From Negativicutes bacterium (GTDB taxonomy: Bacteria; Bacillota; Negativicutes; UBA1444), in contig CAXXIN010000007.1 of the NCBI GenBank assembly GCA_963665275.2, positions 480,001 through 544,000 of the forward strand: a stretch of DNA of 64,000 bases. The letters are read 5' to 3'. This document shows, in pieces, positions 8,221 through 17,919 of the stretch (the first letter of the stretch is position 1; every line of letters starts with the position of its first letter). A program made the position numbers and the translations under genes. The notes beneath the pieces are model-generated. The model made no database searches, was not told where the DNA came from, and saw only the letters and a list, made by a program, of their open reading frames with translations.

Positions 8221-9955
8221 TCAACCCAAGTTGACCCACCCTCTGTATACTAGTCCACGCATCACATCGATCGTGATCTGTTCATCTTCCAGGAGTAGTT
8301 CGGTCGCATCTGCCGCGCCCACGATGATCGGCTTACCGAGAGTCATGCAGGCGATCGCCGCATGCGAGGACAATCCGCCCTCTTCCACAATCAGGCCAGC
8401 CGCTTCTTCAATCAGTCCCAGATGTTCGTTATCCGTAGCAGCGATCGCGACAATTTTATTGTGCGCCCGCTTATTGATATCGAACAGGGATTTGACGATG
8501 GCAACGCGTCCGCTGACGATCCCGTTGCCGATTCCCTGCCCCTTTAGAATGATATCGCCCACGGTGATCAGCTTGACGGAGTTGTAAGCATTGGGGATAT
8601 CCATATTCCCCAACACGCCGACCACGGAATCGCCGTCTTTCAGGTGATTTCCCTTGAGCGTCGTATCAATGGCCAGCTGCATCATATCTTCCTGCCGCAG
8701 GGGTCCGCCGGCTGAGCAGCGGCTGAATTCCCCACGCCAGCCGAAGCTGCCGCACCAACGTGGGGATTGGGGGATACCGCCAAGTACCGGCAGGGCATCT
8801 GCCGGGTACTTCGCCAACATGCGGGGAGTGAATCCGGTTTCCGTCGGCACCACAAAGGCCATCGATTTCATTGCCTGAGAGGCGTGAACTGCGGTTGAGC
8901 AGAGAGCGTCCGCCACCGGGCTGGCCACCACATGGCCCACCCTTTTTTCGCCGCGGGGAACTCAGTACTTTTGTCTTCCTGTAAGCCGGGCCGCCGCTCT
9001 TCACCGAGGTCAATACGTCCAAGGGGGAATTTCAGCGCCGCGCCGGCAGTAGTCACCAGGATGCCGTCAAATCCCTTTTGAACAGCCTTCTGAACGAGAT
9101 CCTGTCCTTCCACCCCCGAAACGGCCATCGTTTCCTGCACTGACCCGGCAACAAACAGAAACTTGGCGGCCTGCGTCGCCTTTGCCACCAAAACCGGCAA
9201 TAATGCGATACGACTTTTCGCCATCCGCAAACAGACCGGCAGTCCACATACCAATCCGTCAGCAATCTGGAGAGCGTCTTCCAAATTGCCTGTAGCGGCT
9301 GGCTTCATGCGGGCCAGTACCATGATGTTGGCTTCCACAGTGTCCAAAGTGCGCCTGAACTTCGATCAGAGGCGGACATGCTCCGAATCCGTATCGACGA
9401 TCACGACACAGTCCATGCCAGCCTTGATTGCCATTTCCGCCGCCTGAATCCGTTTTTCCGTTGTCGTTTTCGTTATATCTCACTATCATTAAATTGGCAA
9501 CATGCCCGTATCATTGGCGGCTTGCCGAACCGCCCCGCACCTGTCCGCGACCATTGGGCGCCTTCATCGGCGCAAATTTGGCAGAGAGAACTGGCTCCGT
9601 CCAGTCCATCCATTTCGAACAAGCGCCTGCATGCGTGCGTATATTCCAATCCTCTTCCAGATACGAAGACGATCTTGGTTGCACAGTGTTCCGCCGCTTC
9701 GCCGGACGACAACGGAAGAGAACTGCCGGACACATAATACCCACTGCCGCCCCGAACTTCGATCAGACCGATATATTCAAGCGCGCTGAGCGCCTCACGC
9801 ACCGATGAGCGACTGGTACTGAAATGCTCGCACAATTCTTTTTCGCTTGGCAGTTTCTGGCCGCGGTGAAAGCGTCCGCCCTCTATTCCCTGCCGCAAAT
9901 AATCAATAATTAACCGATAGGTTTTGGCACTGCTCTTTTCGCCCGGTTCTTTCAA
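8221..9955 (-). CDS. GntR-HTH / degenerate pyruvate kinase (A and C domains) / PEP-utiliser phospho-His swivel fusion protein; broken by several indels
   Basis: GntR wHTH (GQKLPSEKELCEHFSTSRSSVREAL) reads in frame into PK-like TKIVFV; PK-like segments follow in ORFs 8868..9347 and 8221..8940 (PTETGFTPRMLAKY; GQGIG; EEGGLSSHAA); TTG start at 9955 after RBS aagggg. Confidence 0.75.
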
Positions 9956-10101
9956 TGAAGAGGCCCCCTTCCCGAATATCAGGTCCATTTCGATGTCTTA
10001 TTCGTAGTTTAATTCGTTATTCCAAAGGGCTTTTCCTGTTGCCTTATAAAATGCCCGGCCAAAAACTTTGCTGAATCCTTTTATATTCATTTCCACAGGT
10101 G

Positions 10102-10135
10102 TATAATAAAATAAAATTCACAGTAGTCTGACATA
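10102..10135 (+). promoter_or_regulatory. pckA promoter -10 box (TATAAT 10102-10107) and candidate GntR/FadR-type operator (core GTCTGAC 10126-10132)
   Basis: Perfect TATAAT; palindromic GTC-T-GAC core in AT-rich flanks just downstream; -35 weak. Confidence 0.5.
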
Positions 10136-10204
10136 TTGCATATTTTTATCTCTTTGTTTCGTCACTTGTCTTATTAGCATCGTCTTCGAAAGGGGAAATA
10201 AAAA

Positions 10205-11809
10205 ATGAAACCAGGACTTAATGAATTACTTCTTTCCAAGCATCAACAGCCAGTACATATCAACATGCCGATTCCCCGCCTGATTGAATCTTCCATCCTG
10301 AGGGGGGAAGGCGCCTTATCAGCCACAGGAGCACTGCGGGTTTCCACCGGAAAATATACGGGGCGCTCCCCGAATGATAAGTTCATCGTGGATACACCTG
10401 ACGTTCATAAGGACATCTGGTGGGACAACAATCTCAAAATTTCCGAAACAGCTTTTGATCGTCTGCTGGGAAAAACATTGAATTATCTCGAAGATAAAGA
10501 GCTGTTTGTATTCGAAGGATTTGCCGGCGCAGATCAGGGGCATGCCCTGCCGGTCCGGATCATTAACGAATACGCTTGGCATAATGTTTTTGTCCAGCAG
10601 TTGTTTTTGCGAATCTCCAATGACCACCGGTTGGTCTTTTCCGGCAGAACCCGGATTCACCGTCCTGTGCCGCGCCGGGAGTTAATGCCGTGAACCGGAG
10701 GCAGGACGGCACCAACTCCGAAGCGTTCATTCTCGTCAACTTCTGCGCGCCGGATCGTCCTGATCGGCGGAACACAATACGCCGGCGAAATGAAAAAATC
10801 CATTTTCTCTGTTTTGAATTACTTACTTCCCAAACAAGGGATCTTATCCATGCACTGCTCGGCGAATCAGGGCTCGAAAAAAGATGTATCCCTTTTCTTT
10901 GGTCTTTCCGGCACGGGAAAACCTCTCTGTCCGCAGATCCTGATCGCTTTCTCATCGGAGACGATGAACACGGTTGGCCGAGCACGGAGTTTTCAACTTT
11001 GAAGGCGGTTGTTATGCGAAATGCATCAACCTGAGCCGCGAAAACGAGCCGCAAATTTGGGATGCCATACGATTCGGCGCAGTCCTGGAAAATACCGTTA
11101 TGAATGCCGAAACCCGGACAATCGACTATAGCAGTGAAGCAATCACGGAAAACACACGAGTGGCTTATCCGGTCCATTTTATACCGAACAGCATCTATCC
11201 CGGAACAGGAGCTCATCCCAGCACCATTATCTTCCTGACTGCCGATGCCTTTGGCGTGTTGCCGCCGGTCGCGAAACTTTCTCCAGAACAAGCCATGTAT
11301 TATTTTCTCTCAGGTTACACCTCGAAGCTGGCTGGTACCGAGCGGGGCATCACCGAGCCGCAGGCCACTTTCTCCGCCTGCTTCGGCTCGCCGTTTCTCC
11401 CCTTACACCCCATGACCTATGCCAATCTCTTGAAAGAAAAAATTGCCCGCCACCAAACCCGGGTATTTCTGATCAACACTGGCTGGCAAGGTGGCGCCTA
11501 TGGCGTCGGCAAACGAATCAGCATCCAGCATACCCGGCGCATGGTTGCCGCGGCGATGGACGGCTATCTGGATTATGTCGACTACGAAACCCATCCGATA
11601 TTCAATCTCAGCATCCCGGTCTGCTGTCCCGGCATACCGGATGGTGTCCTCAATCCCCAGACATCCTGGTCAGATCCTGTAGCCTACAAAAAATCCGCGG
11701 TCATCTCGCCGGAATGTTTGACAAAAATTTCCGCAAATTTACAGGAGTGCCCAAAGAAGTTACGGACTCCGGTCCTTTTTCACATCAGGAAACCGAGAAC
11801 GCAGTTTGA
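10205..11809 (+). CDS. pckA: Phosphoenolpyruvate carboxykinase (ATP); several frameshifts (likely assembly errors)
   Basis: [87 protein letters not shown] spread over ORFs 10205, 10690, 10790 and 10974; reconstructed end ...[14 protein letters not shown]-stop at 11809. Confidence 0.93.
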
Positions 11810-11830
11810 TCCCCCTTCTGATCCCCCTAT

Positions 11831-11879
11831 AGTTTGATAGAAGCCGGTGGCCTTGACGGCCACCGGCTTCTATCAAACT
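11831..11879. terminator. Bidirectional terminator between convergent pckA and the dehydratase
   Basis: Perfect inverted repeat agtttgatagaagccggtggcc-ttgac-ggccaccggcttctatcaaact. Confidence 0.85.
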
Positions 11880-11890
11880 TATAAACTCGG

Positions 11891-12864
11891 TCACAAATCC
11901 TTGATGCCTGAGAACAGCTCACTGGCCAGCCTCACATCGACATTGCCGCCGCTGAGCACCACACCGATTCTTTTTCCCCGAACCGGCAGTTTCCCCTTGA
12001 ACAGGGGGGCCAGCGCCACAGCGCCGGAAGGTTCGACAACGATCTTCATCCGAGTCCAAAGATAGTACATCGTATCCAAGATATCAGCTTCAGAAACCGT
12101 GACCATCTCATCGACATACTTCTGTATCGTGGGAAATGTAATGGTTCCAGCGACTCGGTGCGAAGTCCGTCAGCGACGGTTTGTGGATTATGAATCGTTT
12201 GAAGCCTGCCTGTCCGGAATGACCGGGTCGCATCATCAGCCAGCTCCGGTTCCACGCCGATAATCCGGCAATGCGGCGCCGCATGGCGCGTATATACCGC
12301 ACACCCGCTGAGCAGGCCGCCTCCTCCGCAAGGAACCAGCAGCATATCGAGACTATAGACTTCATCGATCAATTCCTTCGCCGCTGTTCCCTGCCCGGCT
12401 ATGACATCCGGATGATCAAAGGGCGGGATCAACGTATATCCGTGTTCAGCAACCAATTGGGTTGTCATAGCTTCGCGGTTCATCGTCCCCCGATCATAGG
12501 TCACGACTTCTGCGCCATAATTGCGGGTTGCCGCCAGCTTAACCGCCGGGGCATCCATCGGCATCACAACGGTTGCTTGGACCCCGAGCAGACGTCCCGC
12601 CAGAGCCACTGCCTGAGCATGATTTCCCGAAGAAAAAGTTATCACCCCGCGCGCTGCCTGCTCCGGCGTCAGTCGACTGATCGCATTATACGCACCTCTG
12701 AACTTGAACGCACCCATCCGTTGGAAATTTTCGCACTTTAAAAAAACATTATTCCCCGTAACCTCATCCAATGACCGTGAAGTTAACACCGGCGTGCGGT
12801 GCGCCACTCCAGCCAGGCGGTCTACCGCCTCCAATACGCCTTGATACAAAGGGTCCATCTTCAT
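11891..12864 (-). CDS. PLP-dependent Ser/Thr dehydratase family enzyme (threo-3-hydroxyaspartate ammonia-lyase-like); frameshift near 12150
   Basis: LKCENFQRMGAFKFRGA, SSGNHAQ, GQGT, PCGGGGLLSG; C-terminus VVEPSGA...VVLSGGNVD in ORF 11891..12106. Confidence 0.88.
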
Positions 12865-13020
12865 TCCTCCTCGAATTGTTCGTCTGAGTGCTGCTCTGAA
12901 AAGGACATCAGCGAACGTGCGGCGAATATTTATTTTCTAACGTCCAACATTTTGTCTCATTATTAGTTCCACTTTCTCGCAGCGAATCCCTGTTGGGTAA
13001 AAAATTCCGAGGTGAGTTTA

Positions 13021-14918
13021 TTGTTGAAAATTGCCTTGGCGCAAATTGAAGTTGTGCCAGGAAAACCAGACTTAAACGCTAAAAAAATTCTGCAGTTTAT
13101 TGAAACGGCCAAACAAGCCTCTGCCGATTTGATTCTATTCCCCGAGATGTCCATCCCCGGTTATCTACTCGGAGATGCCTGGGAGCAGCCTACCTTCTTG
13201 CGGGACTGCGAAGCCTGGGGCAGAGAAATTGCCCGGGCGGCGGATTCGATCTGCGTACTGTTCGGCAACATTGCCGTGGATTGGCAAAAAACTGGCGACG
13301 ACGGGCGGGTGCGAAAGTACAATGCCTTTTTCGCAGCCCAAAATGGTGCGTTTCTGGGTGGGGACAACTTCCCTTATCCCTTCCGAATCAAAACTTTGCA
13401 GCCCAATTATCGTGAATTTGACGACGACCGTCATTTTTATAGTTTACGAAAACTGGCGCAGGAAATGGCAGTTCCTGTCGATGATTTGCTGCAACCGCTG
13501 ACTATCCAGTTCGGTGACTGCACATTGAAACTTGGCGCGCTACTCTGTGAAGACGGCTGGAGCGACGACTACAGCATCAAACCGGCTACTATAATGAGCC
13601 GCCATAGCGATGTCGATCTCTTTGTCAACTTATCCAGTTCCCCGTTTACTTTAGGCAAAAACGACAAGCGGCATCGGGTGTTTTCCCGCCAGGTACAGGA
13701 AACCGGGGTCCCTTATTGTATGTGAACAACGTCGGTATACAAAACAACGGCAAGACCGTCTACACTTTTGATGGCTGCAGTACCGCCTATGGCATTCAGG
13801 GAGAGACTTTGCTGCACTGCCCGCCGTTTGAAGAACAAATCGCTTATATTTCATTAGACGAACTTCAAAACGTCGCCGCCGGGTCACGCATATCCATCCC
13901 GAACGACCGTGGCATGGACAGCATCTTTGCCTGTTTGCAGTATGGCGTTCAGCATTTTTTGACCCAGACCGGATTAACAAAAATTGTGATCGGAGTTTCC
14001 GGCGGAATTGATTCTGCCGTTGCCGCCGCCCTTTACGCTCATATTCTGACACCGCAAAACGTATTGCTCGTTAATATGCCCAGTCAGTACAATTCCCCCA
14101 CCACCATCAGTCTTGCCCGCCGCCTGGCTGAAAACCTCGGTTGTCGCTATATTGACATCCCGATCAATGAATCGGTGGAACTGACGATTCGGCAGATGGA
14201 AAGCTCCGGTTTGCAGCTTTCGCCATTCATGCGCGAAAACGTGCAGGCACGCGATCGCTCTTCCCGTATTCTCGCAGCGGCCGCAGCAGCTTTTGGCGGC
14301 GCCTTTACCTGCAATGCCAACAAGAGCGAACTGACAGTCGGATACTGTACCCTTTATGGAGATGAAGCAGGGTTTCTCGCTGCGTTGGCTGATCTATGGA
14401 AACATCAGGTGTATGAGCTGGGTCACTGGCTCAATGATCATGCATATGGAGCGCCGGTGATTCCTTCGGAAGTATTCTCGATCGTCCCTAGCGCCGAACT
14501 CTCGCATGATCAGGATGTCGACGCAGGGAAAGGCGATCCCTTGATTTATCCCTATCACGATTTCCTATTTCGAGCCTTTGTCGAGCGTTGGCAACGTGCC
14601 ACGCCGGAAGACTTGCTCACATGGTATGAGGCGGGAACCGTGGAACAAAACATCGGCTGCGAGCCCAATCTAGTCACGAGGATTTTCCCGACCACCGCTG
14701 ATTTTATTGCAGATCTGGAACGCTGGTGGCGGCTATATTCAGGTATGGGAGTCGCCAAAAGGATTCAGGCGCCGCCTGTGTTGGCAGTCAGCCGAAGGGC
14801 CTTCGGATTCGATCATCGGGAAGCACAGAATCCGGTGCATTTCACTCTGCATTACCACCAACTGAGGGCCCAGCTTTTAGCCCCCACCAATTGCAAGGGA
14901 GGAACGGATCATGTTTGA
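13021..14918 (+). CDS. nadE: Glutamine-dependent NAD+ synthetase; frameshift near 13712
   Basis: Nitrilase domain (FPEM, KTLQPNYREFDD, LCEDGW) plus synthetase domain (GVSGGIDS, ENVQARDR, NKSELTVGYCTLYGD, PSAEL); a C is missing in ggggtcccttattg. Confidence 0.92.
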
Positions 14919-15798
14919 CAACGCGGAAGGAATGGTTTTCCGCCCACCTAGTGAGGCCAACAGTTTTATTCTGCGGGTGACGATCGGCTGTGCCCACAAT
15001 AAATGCACTTTTTGTTCCATGTATCGTGACGTCCATTTCCGTGCCCGCCCCATATCGGAAATTGAACCGATTATTCGCAATACAGCCCGCCGTTATCCGG
15101 ACTTGCGTCGGGTTTTTCTCGCCGATGGAGACGCCTTGGTCCTCTCCACCAATAAACTACTGGAAATCATTGCTCTGTTGAAAGCGCACTTTCCCAAACT
15201 TTCCCGCATCAGTTGTTACGGCGGGCCGCTCGACATCCTGCGAAAATCACCGGAAGATCTGTTGCTTCTAAAGCAGTCAGGCTTGCAGATGGTGTATCTC
15301 GGCATCGAAAGCGGCGATGACGAAGTCCTGGCTCTGGTACAAAAGGGAGTTACCGGCGATGAAATGATCGCCGCCGGCCAAAAAATCCTCGCTGCCGGAA
15401 TGAAATTGTCAGCCATGCTTGTGCTCGGCCTTGGCGGGCGGGAGCTGTCGCTGCAGCATGCCCGAAATAGCGGGCGGGTTGCAAGCGCCATCAACCCAAC
15501 AATGCTGAGCGCCCTGACGCTCATGCTGCATCGGGGCACGCCGCTGCGAGCTGATGCGGAGCAGGGGCAGTTCCACCCCCTGTCCCCTTACGATTTCGTC
15601 CAGGAACTGAAAGAGCTGGTTGTTCATCTTGATATGAAAACACCCTGTATTTTTCGCAGCAACCATGTATCGAACATGCTGCCGCTGGCTGGAACGCTGC
15701 CTGGAGATAAAAACAGCCTGCTGGAGCAGGCGGAAGATGCATTGCAATTGCTGAAGAACCAGACCCGTCCAACCTTTAACGACGACGGGCCCTTCTGA
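14911..15798 (+). CDS. Radical SAM protein of unknown function, overlapping the nadE stop
   Basis: FRPPSEA, CAHNKCTFC (CxxxCxxC), FLADGDAL, YLGIESG, FRSNHVSN. Confidence 0.88.
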   Translation: MFDNAEGMVFRPPSEANSFILRVTIGCAHNKCTFCSMYRDVHFRARPISEIEPIIRNTARRYPDLRRVFLADGDALVLSTNKLLEIIALLKAHFPKLSRISCYGGPLDILRKSPEDLLLLKQSGLQMVYLGIESGDDEVLALVQKGVTGDEMIAAGQKILAAGMKLSAMLVLGLGGRELSLQHARNSGRVASAINPTMLSALTLMLHRGTPLRADAEQGQFHPLSPYDFVQELKELVVHLDMKTPCIFRSNHVSNMLPLAGTLPGDKNSLLEQAEDALQLLKNQTRPTFNDDGPF

Positions 15799-15814
15799 TC
15801 GTTTTATCCATCGC

Positions 15815-15919
15815 ACAGCCTGTAAGACCCCGCCCTCTTAGTCGGGGATAAACAGGCTGTAGCTTGAAGTAAATTCGACTAAGATTCAGGTGGCGTTAAA
15901 ACACCATCCGAATCAAGTC
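15815..15919. repeat. Two-hairpin REP/MITE-like element in the convergent intergenic gap
   Basis: Hairpin 1 acagcctgt..ccccg..cgggga..acaggctgt; hairpin 2 gact-aagattcaggtgg..ccatccgaatc-aagtc. Confidence 0.45.
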
Positions 15920-15924
15920 TACAT

Positions 15925-16302
15925 TTATCGCCGGACCAACCACCACACTATACTAAAGACCGCCATCAACACCAACGCCACCGGCAGAGCCACAAAGATA
16001 AAAAACAGGACCAGCGCTGCTATAACCAATTTTGTCAGAAAGCCGAACGGTTTCGAGCCGAAAGAAACCTGACGCACGTAAACGCGGTGCCCCGGGCCTT
16101 CACTGCGGTATTCATAGTTCCCTGAGTCGCCTGAATGAGATTCAGATTCGGCAGACGGCTCAACGCCCTGCTGAATTGTCAGGCCCTTGAAGTCGTCGCG
16201 TTCATCCGGGCGCAATACTTTCACATCGACGTTATCCTCTGCGCAGCTGCGACAGATTGAAGTCGCCTCGCCCATCTCTTCATTGCATTTTGGACATCGC
16301 AT
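15925..16302 (-). CDS. Hypothetical protein with N-terminal zinc ribbon and C-terminal membrane hairpin
   Basis: CPKC...CRSC, hydrophobic C-terminus, RBS aaggagg. Confidence 0.75.
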   Translation of the reverse strand: MRCPKCNEEMGEATSICRSCAEDNVDVKVLRPDERDDFKGLTIQQGVEPSAESESHSGDSGNYEYRSEGPGHRVYVRQVSFGSKPFGFLTKLVIAALVLFFIFVALPVALVLMAVFSIVWWLVRR

Positions 16303-16371
16303 CCCGTTGATCGTCCTCCTTTATTTCACACTTTCATGATTCGCCAAAACTTCCCGTGTTCCTGCTTCGAC

Positions 16372-16402
16372 GAAGAAGCCCCGGCATTGCCGGGGCTTCT
16401 TC
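16372..16402. terminator. Intrinsic terminator after the CoA-transferase
   Basis: gaagaagccccggca-t-tgccggggcttcttc perfect stem. Confidence 0.75.
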
Positions 16403-16433
16403 TCATTCATCGATTGTGCCTTTTTTTGCTTGT

Positions 16434-17612
16434 TTATTTATCTTTGAAGAATTCGGCCGTTTTGGCTTCATCCCAGCCGAGGATTTCTTTCAAGAGTTCG
16501 GCGGTATGTTGTCCCAGAAGCGGCGCCGGCCGGTCGACAGTGCCGGGAGTCGCTGACATTTTGACAGGCAACCCGGCCATTTTCAGGTGCCCGGCAACCG
16601 GATGTTCAACTTCCACAATCATATTACGAGCCTTGATCTGCGGATCGTTGACAATCTTGTCCACCGTGTTGATCGGTGCACAGGGAAGTTCGGCTGCTTC
16701 CAGTACTTCCAGCCATTCATTGATGGTTTTGTGCGAGAAGACTTCATTCAAAATCACGGTCAATTCCTTGACATGCGCGGTTCGTTTGCTGTTGTCGTCG
16801 AAGCGCGCATCGGTGAGCAGTTCCGGTTTGCCCAGGATATTGCATAGTTTTACCCACAGGCGGTCGTTGCCGGCGCCAACGATGATATGTCCGTCTTTGG
16901 CGGTAAAGGAGGCAAACGGCGTAATGGAAGGATGACGATTTCCCAGCGGCGTAGGCACACTACCGGAAGTCACATAGCGGGCGATGGCATTTTCCAAAAC
17001 CGCCACCTGGCAATCCAGCATGCCGACATCGACTTTCTGGCCTTCACCAGTTTTCTCCCTGTGGTAAATAGCCATCATGACTCCATAGGCCGTGAACATG
17101 CCGGCGATAATATCACCGACAGAAGCGCCGACACGGGTTGGTTCGCCGCCTTCCGGCCCGGTGATGCTCATGATCCCGCCCATAGCCTGAACGATGATGT
17201 CATAGGCCGGTTTATATTGATAAGGTCCGCTGTGGCCGAATCCAGAGCAAGCCGCATAAATAATCTTCGGGTTAATGGCCTTTAGTTCATCATAGCCCAA
17301 TCCGAATTTTTCCATCGTCCCCGGACGATAATTTTCTACCACCACGTCTGCATGTTTGACCATTTCTCGGAAAACATCGACCTCGTCCTGATTCTTGAAA
17401 TTGAGGGTCATGGAGCGTTTGTTCCTGTTCAGACTCATGAAATAGGCGCTTTCCTTGCCAACGAACGGTCCGAATGCCCGTGAATCATCGCCGACTTTCG
17501 GTGGCTCAATCTTAACAATGTCAGCACCATAGTCGGCCAGCATCATCGTGCAATACGGCCCTGCCAGTACCCGGCTCAAATCCAGTACTCTCAATCCTTC
17601 TAATGGTTTCAT
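16434..17612 (-). CDS. CoA-transferase family III (CaiB/BaiF)
   Basis: LDLSRVLAGPYC, GDDSR, NRNKRS, VENYRPG, SGFGHSGP, SVGDIIAG (catalytic Asp), APLLGQHT. Confidence 0.93.
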   Translation of the reverse strand: MKPLEGLRVLDLSRVLAGPYCTMMLADYGADIVKIEPPKVGDDSRAFGPFVGKESAYFMSLNRNKRSMTLNFKNQDEVDVFREMVKHADVVVENYRPGTMEKFGLGYDELKAINPKIIYAACSGFGHSGPYQYKPAYDIIVQAMGGIMSITGPEGGEPTRVGASVGDIIAGMFTAYGVMMAIYHREKTGEGQKVDVGMLDCQVAVLENAIARYVTSGSVPTPLGNRHPSITPFASFTAKDGHIIVGAGNDRLWVKLCNILGKPELLTDARFDDNSKRTAHVKELTVILNEVFSHKTINEWLEVLEAAELPCAPINTVDKIVNDPQIKARNMIVEVEHPVAGHLKMAGLPVKMSATPGTVDRPAPLLGQHTAELLKEILGWDEAKTAEFFKDK

Positions 17613-17739
17613 TACAATCTCTCCTTTATTTACAATAACAATATGGAATCAGTTCAGTTTAGACATATTTCACCACTATTCCAAATTCAATATTCTTATG
17701 CAAAATCCCCCTTTTCATGATTGATTATGGAAAATATTT

Positions 17740-17796
17740 AAAAAACAAAGAGACAGTAATGGAAATATTTTCCCCTCTGTCTCTCTATCACTCATA
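17740..17796 (-). terminator. Leader terminator with overlapping NAG triplets between the hutP-like gene and the CoA-transferase (candidate HutP antitermination site)
   Basis: Minus strand: tgagtgatagagagacag-aggggaaaatatttccatta-ctgtctct-ttgtttttt. Confidence 0.65.
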
Positions 17797-17919
17797 TTTT
17801 CTTTTGATTTGAAATATATAGATCCAATCCTTGGTGTTATTGCAGCCCGCAAACTCTCACACTGATAACTCTCTCACTCAATACGGGCTCTATATAAAAC
17901 CTATAAATTGTCTTGTTGC

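Noticed and set aside
8221-9700. Calling this locus the housekeeping pyk gene
   Set aside because: Lid domain and catalytic motifs absent, and N-terminus fused to a GntR HTH
10205-14918. Programmed frameshifting or true pseudogenes in pckA, the dehydratase and nadE
   Set aside because: No slippery-site/stimulator pattern recognised; the breaks cluster regionally and several are homopolymer contractions, which better fits sequencing error
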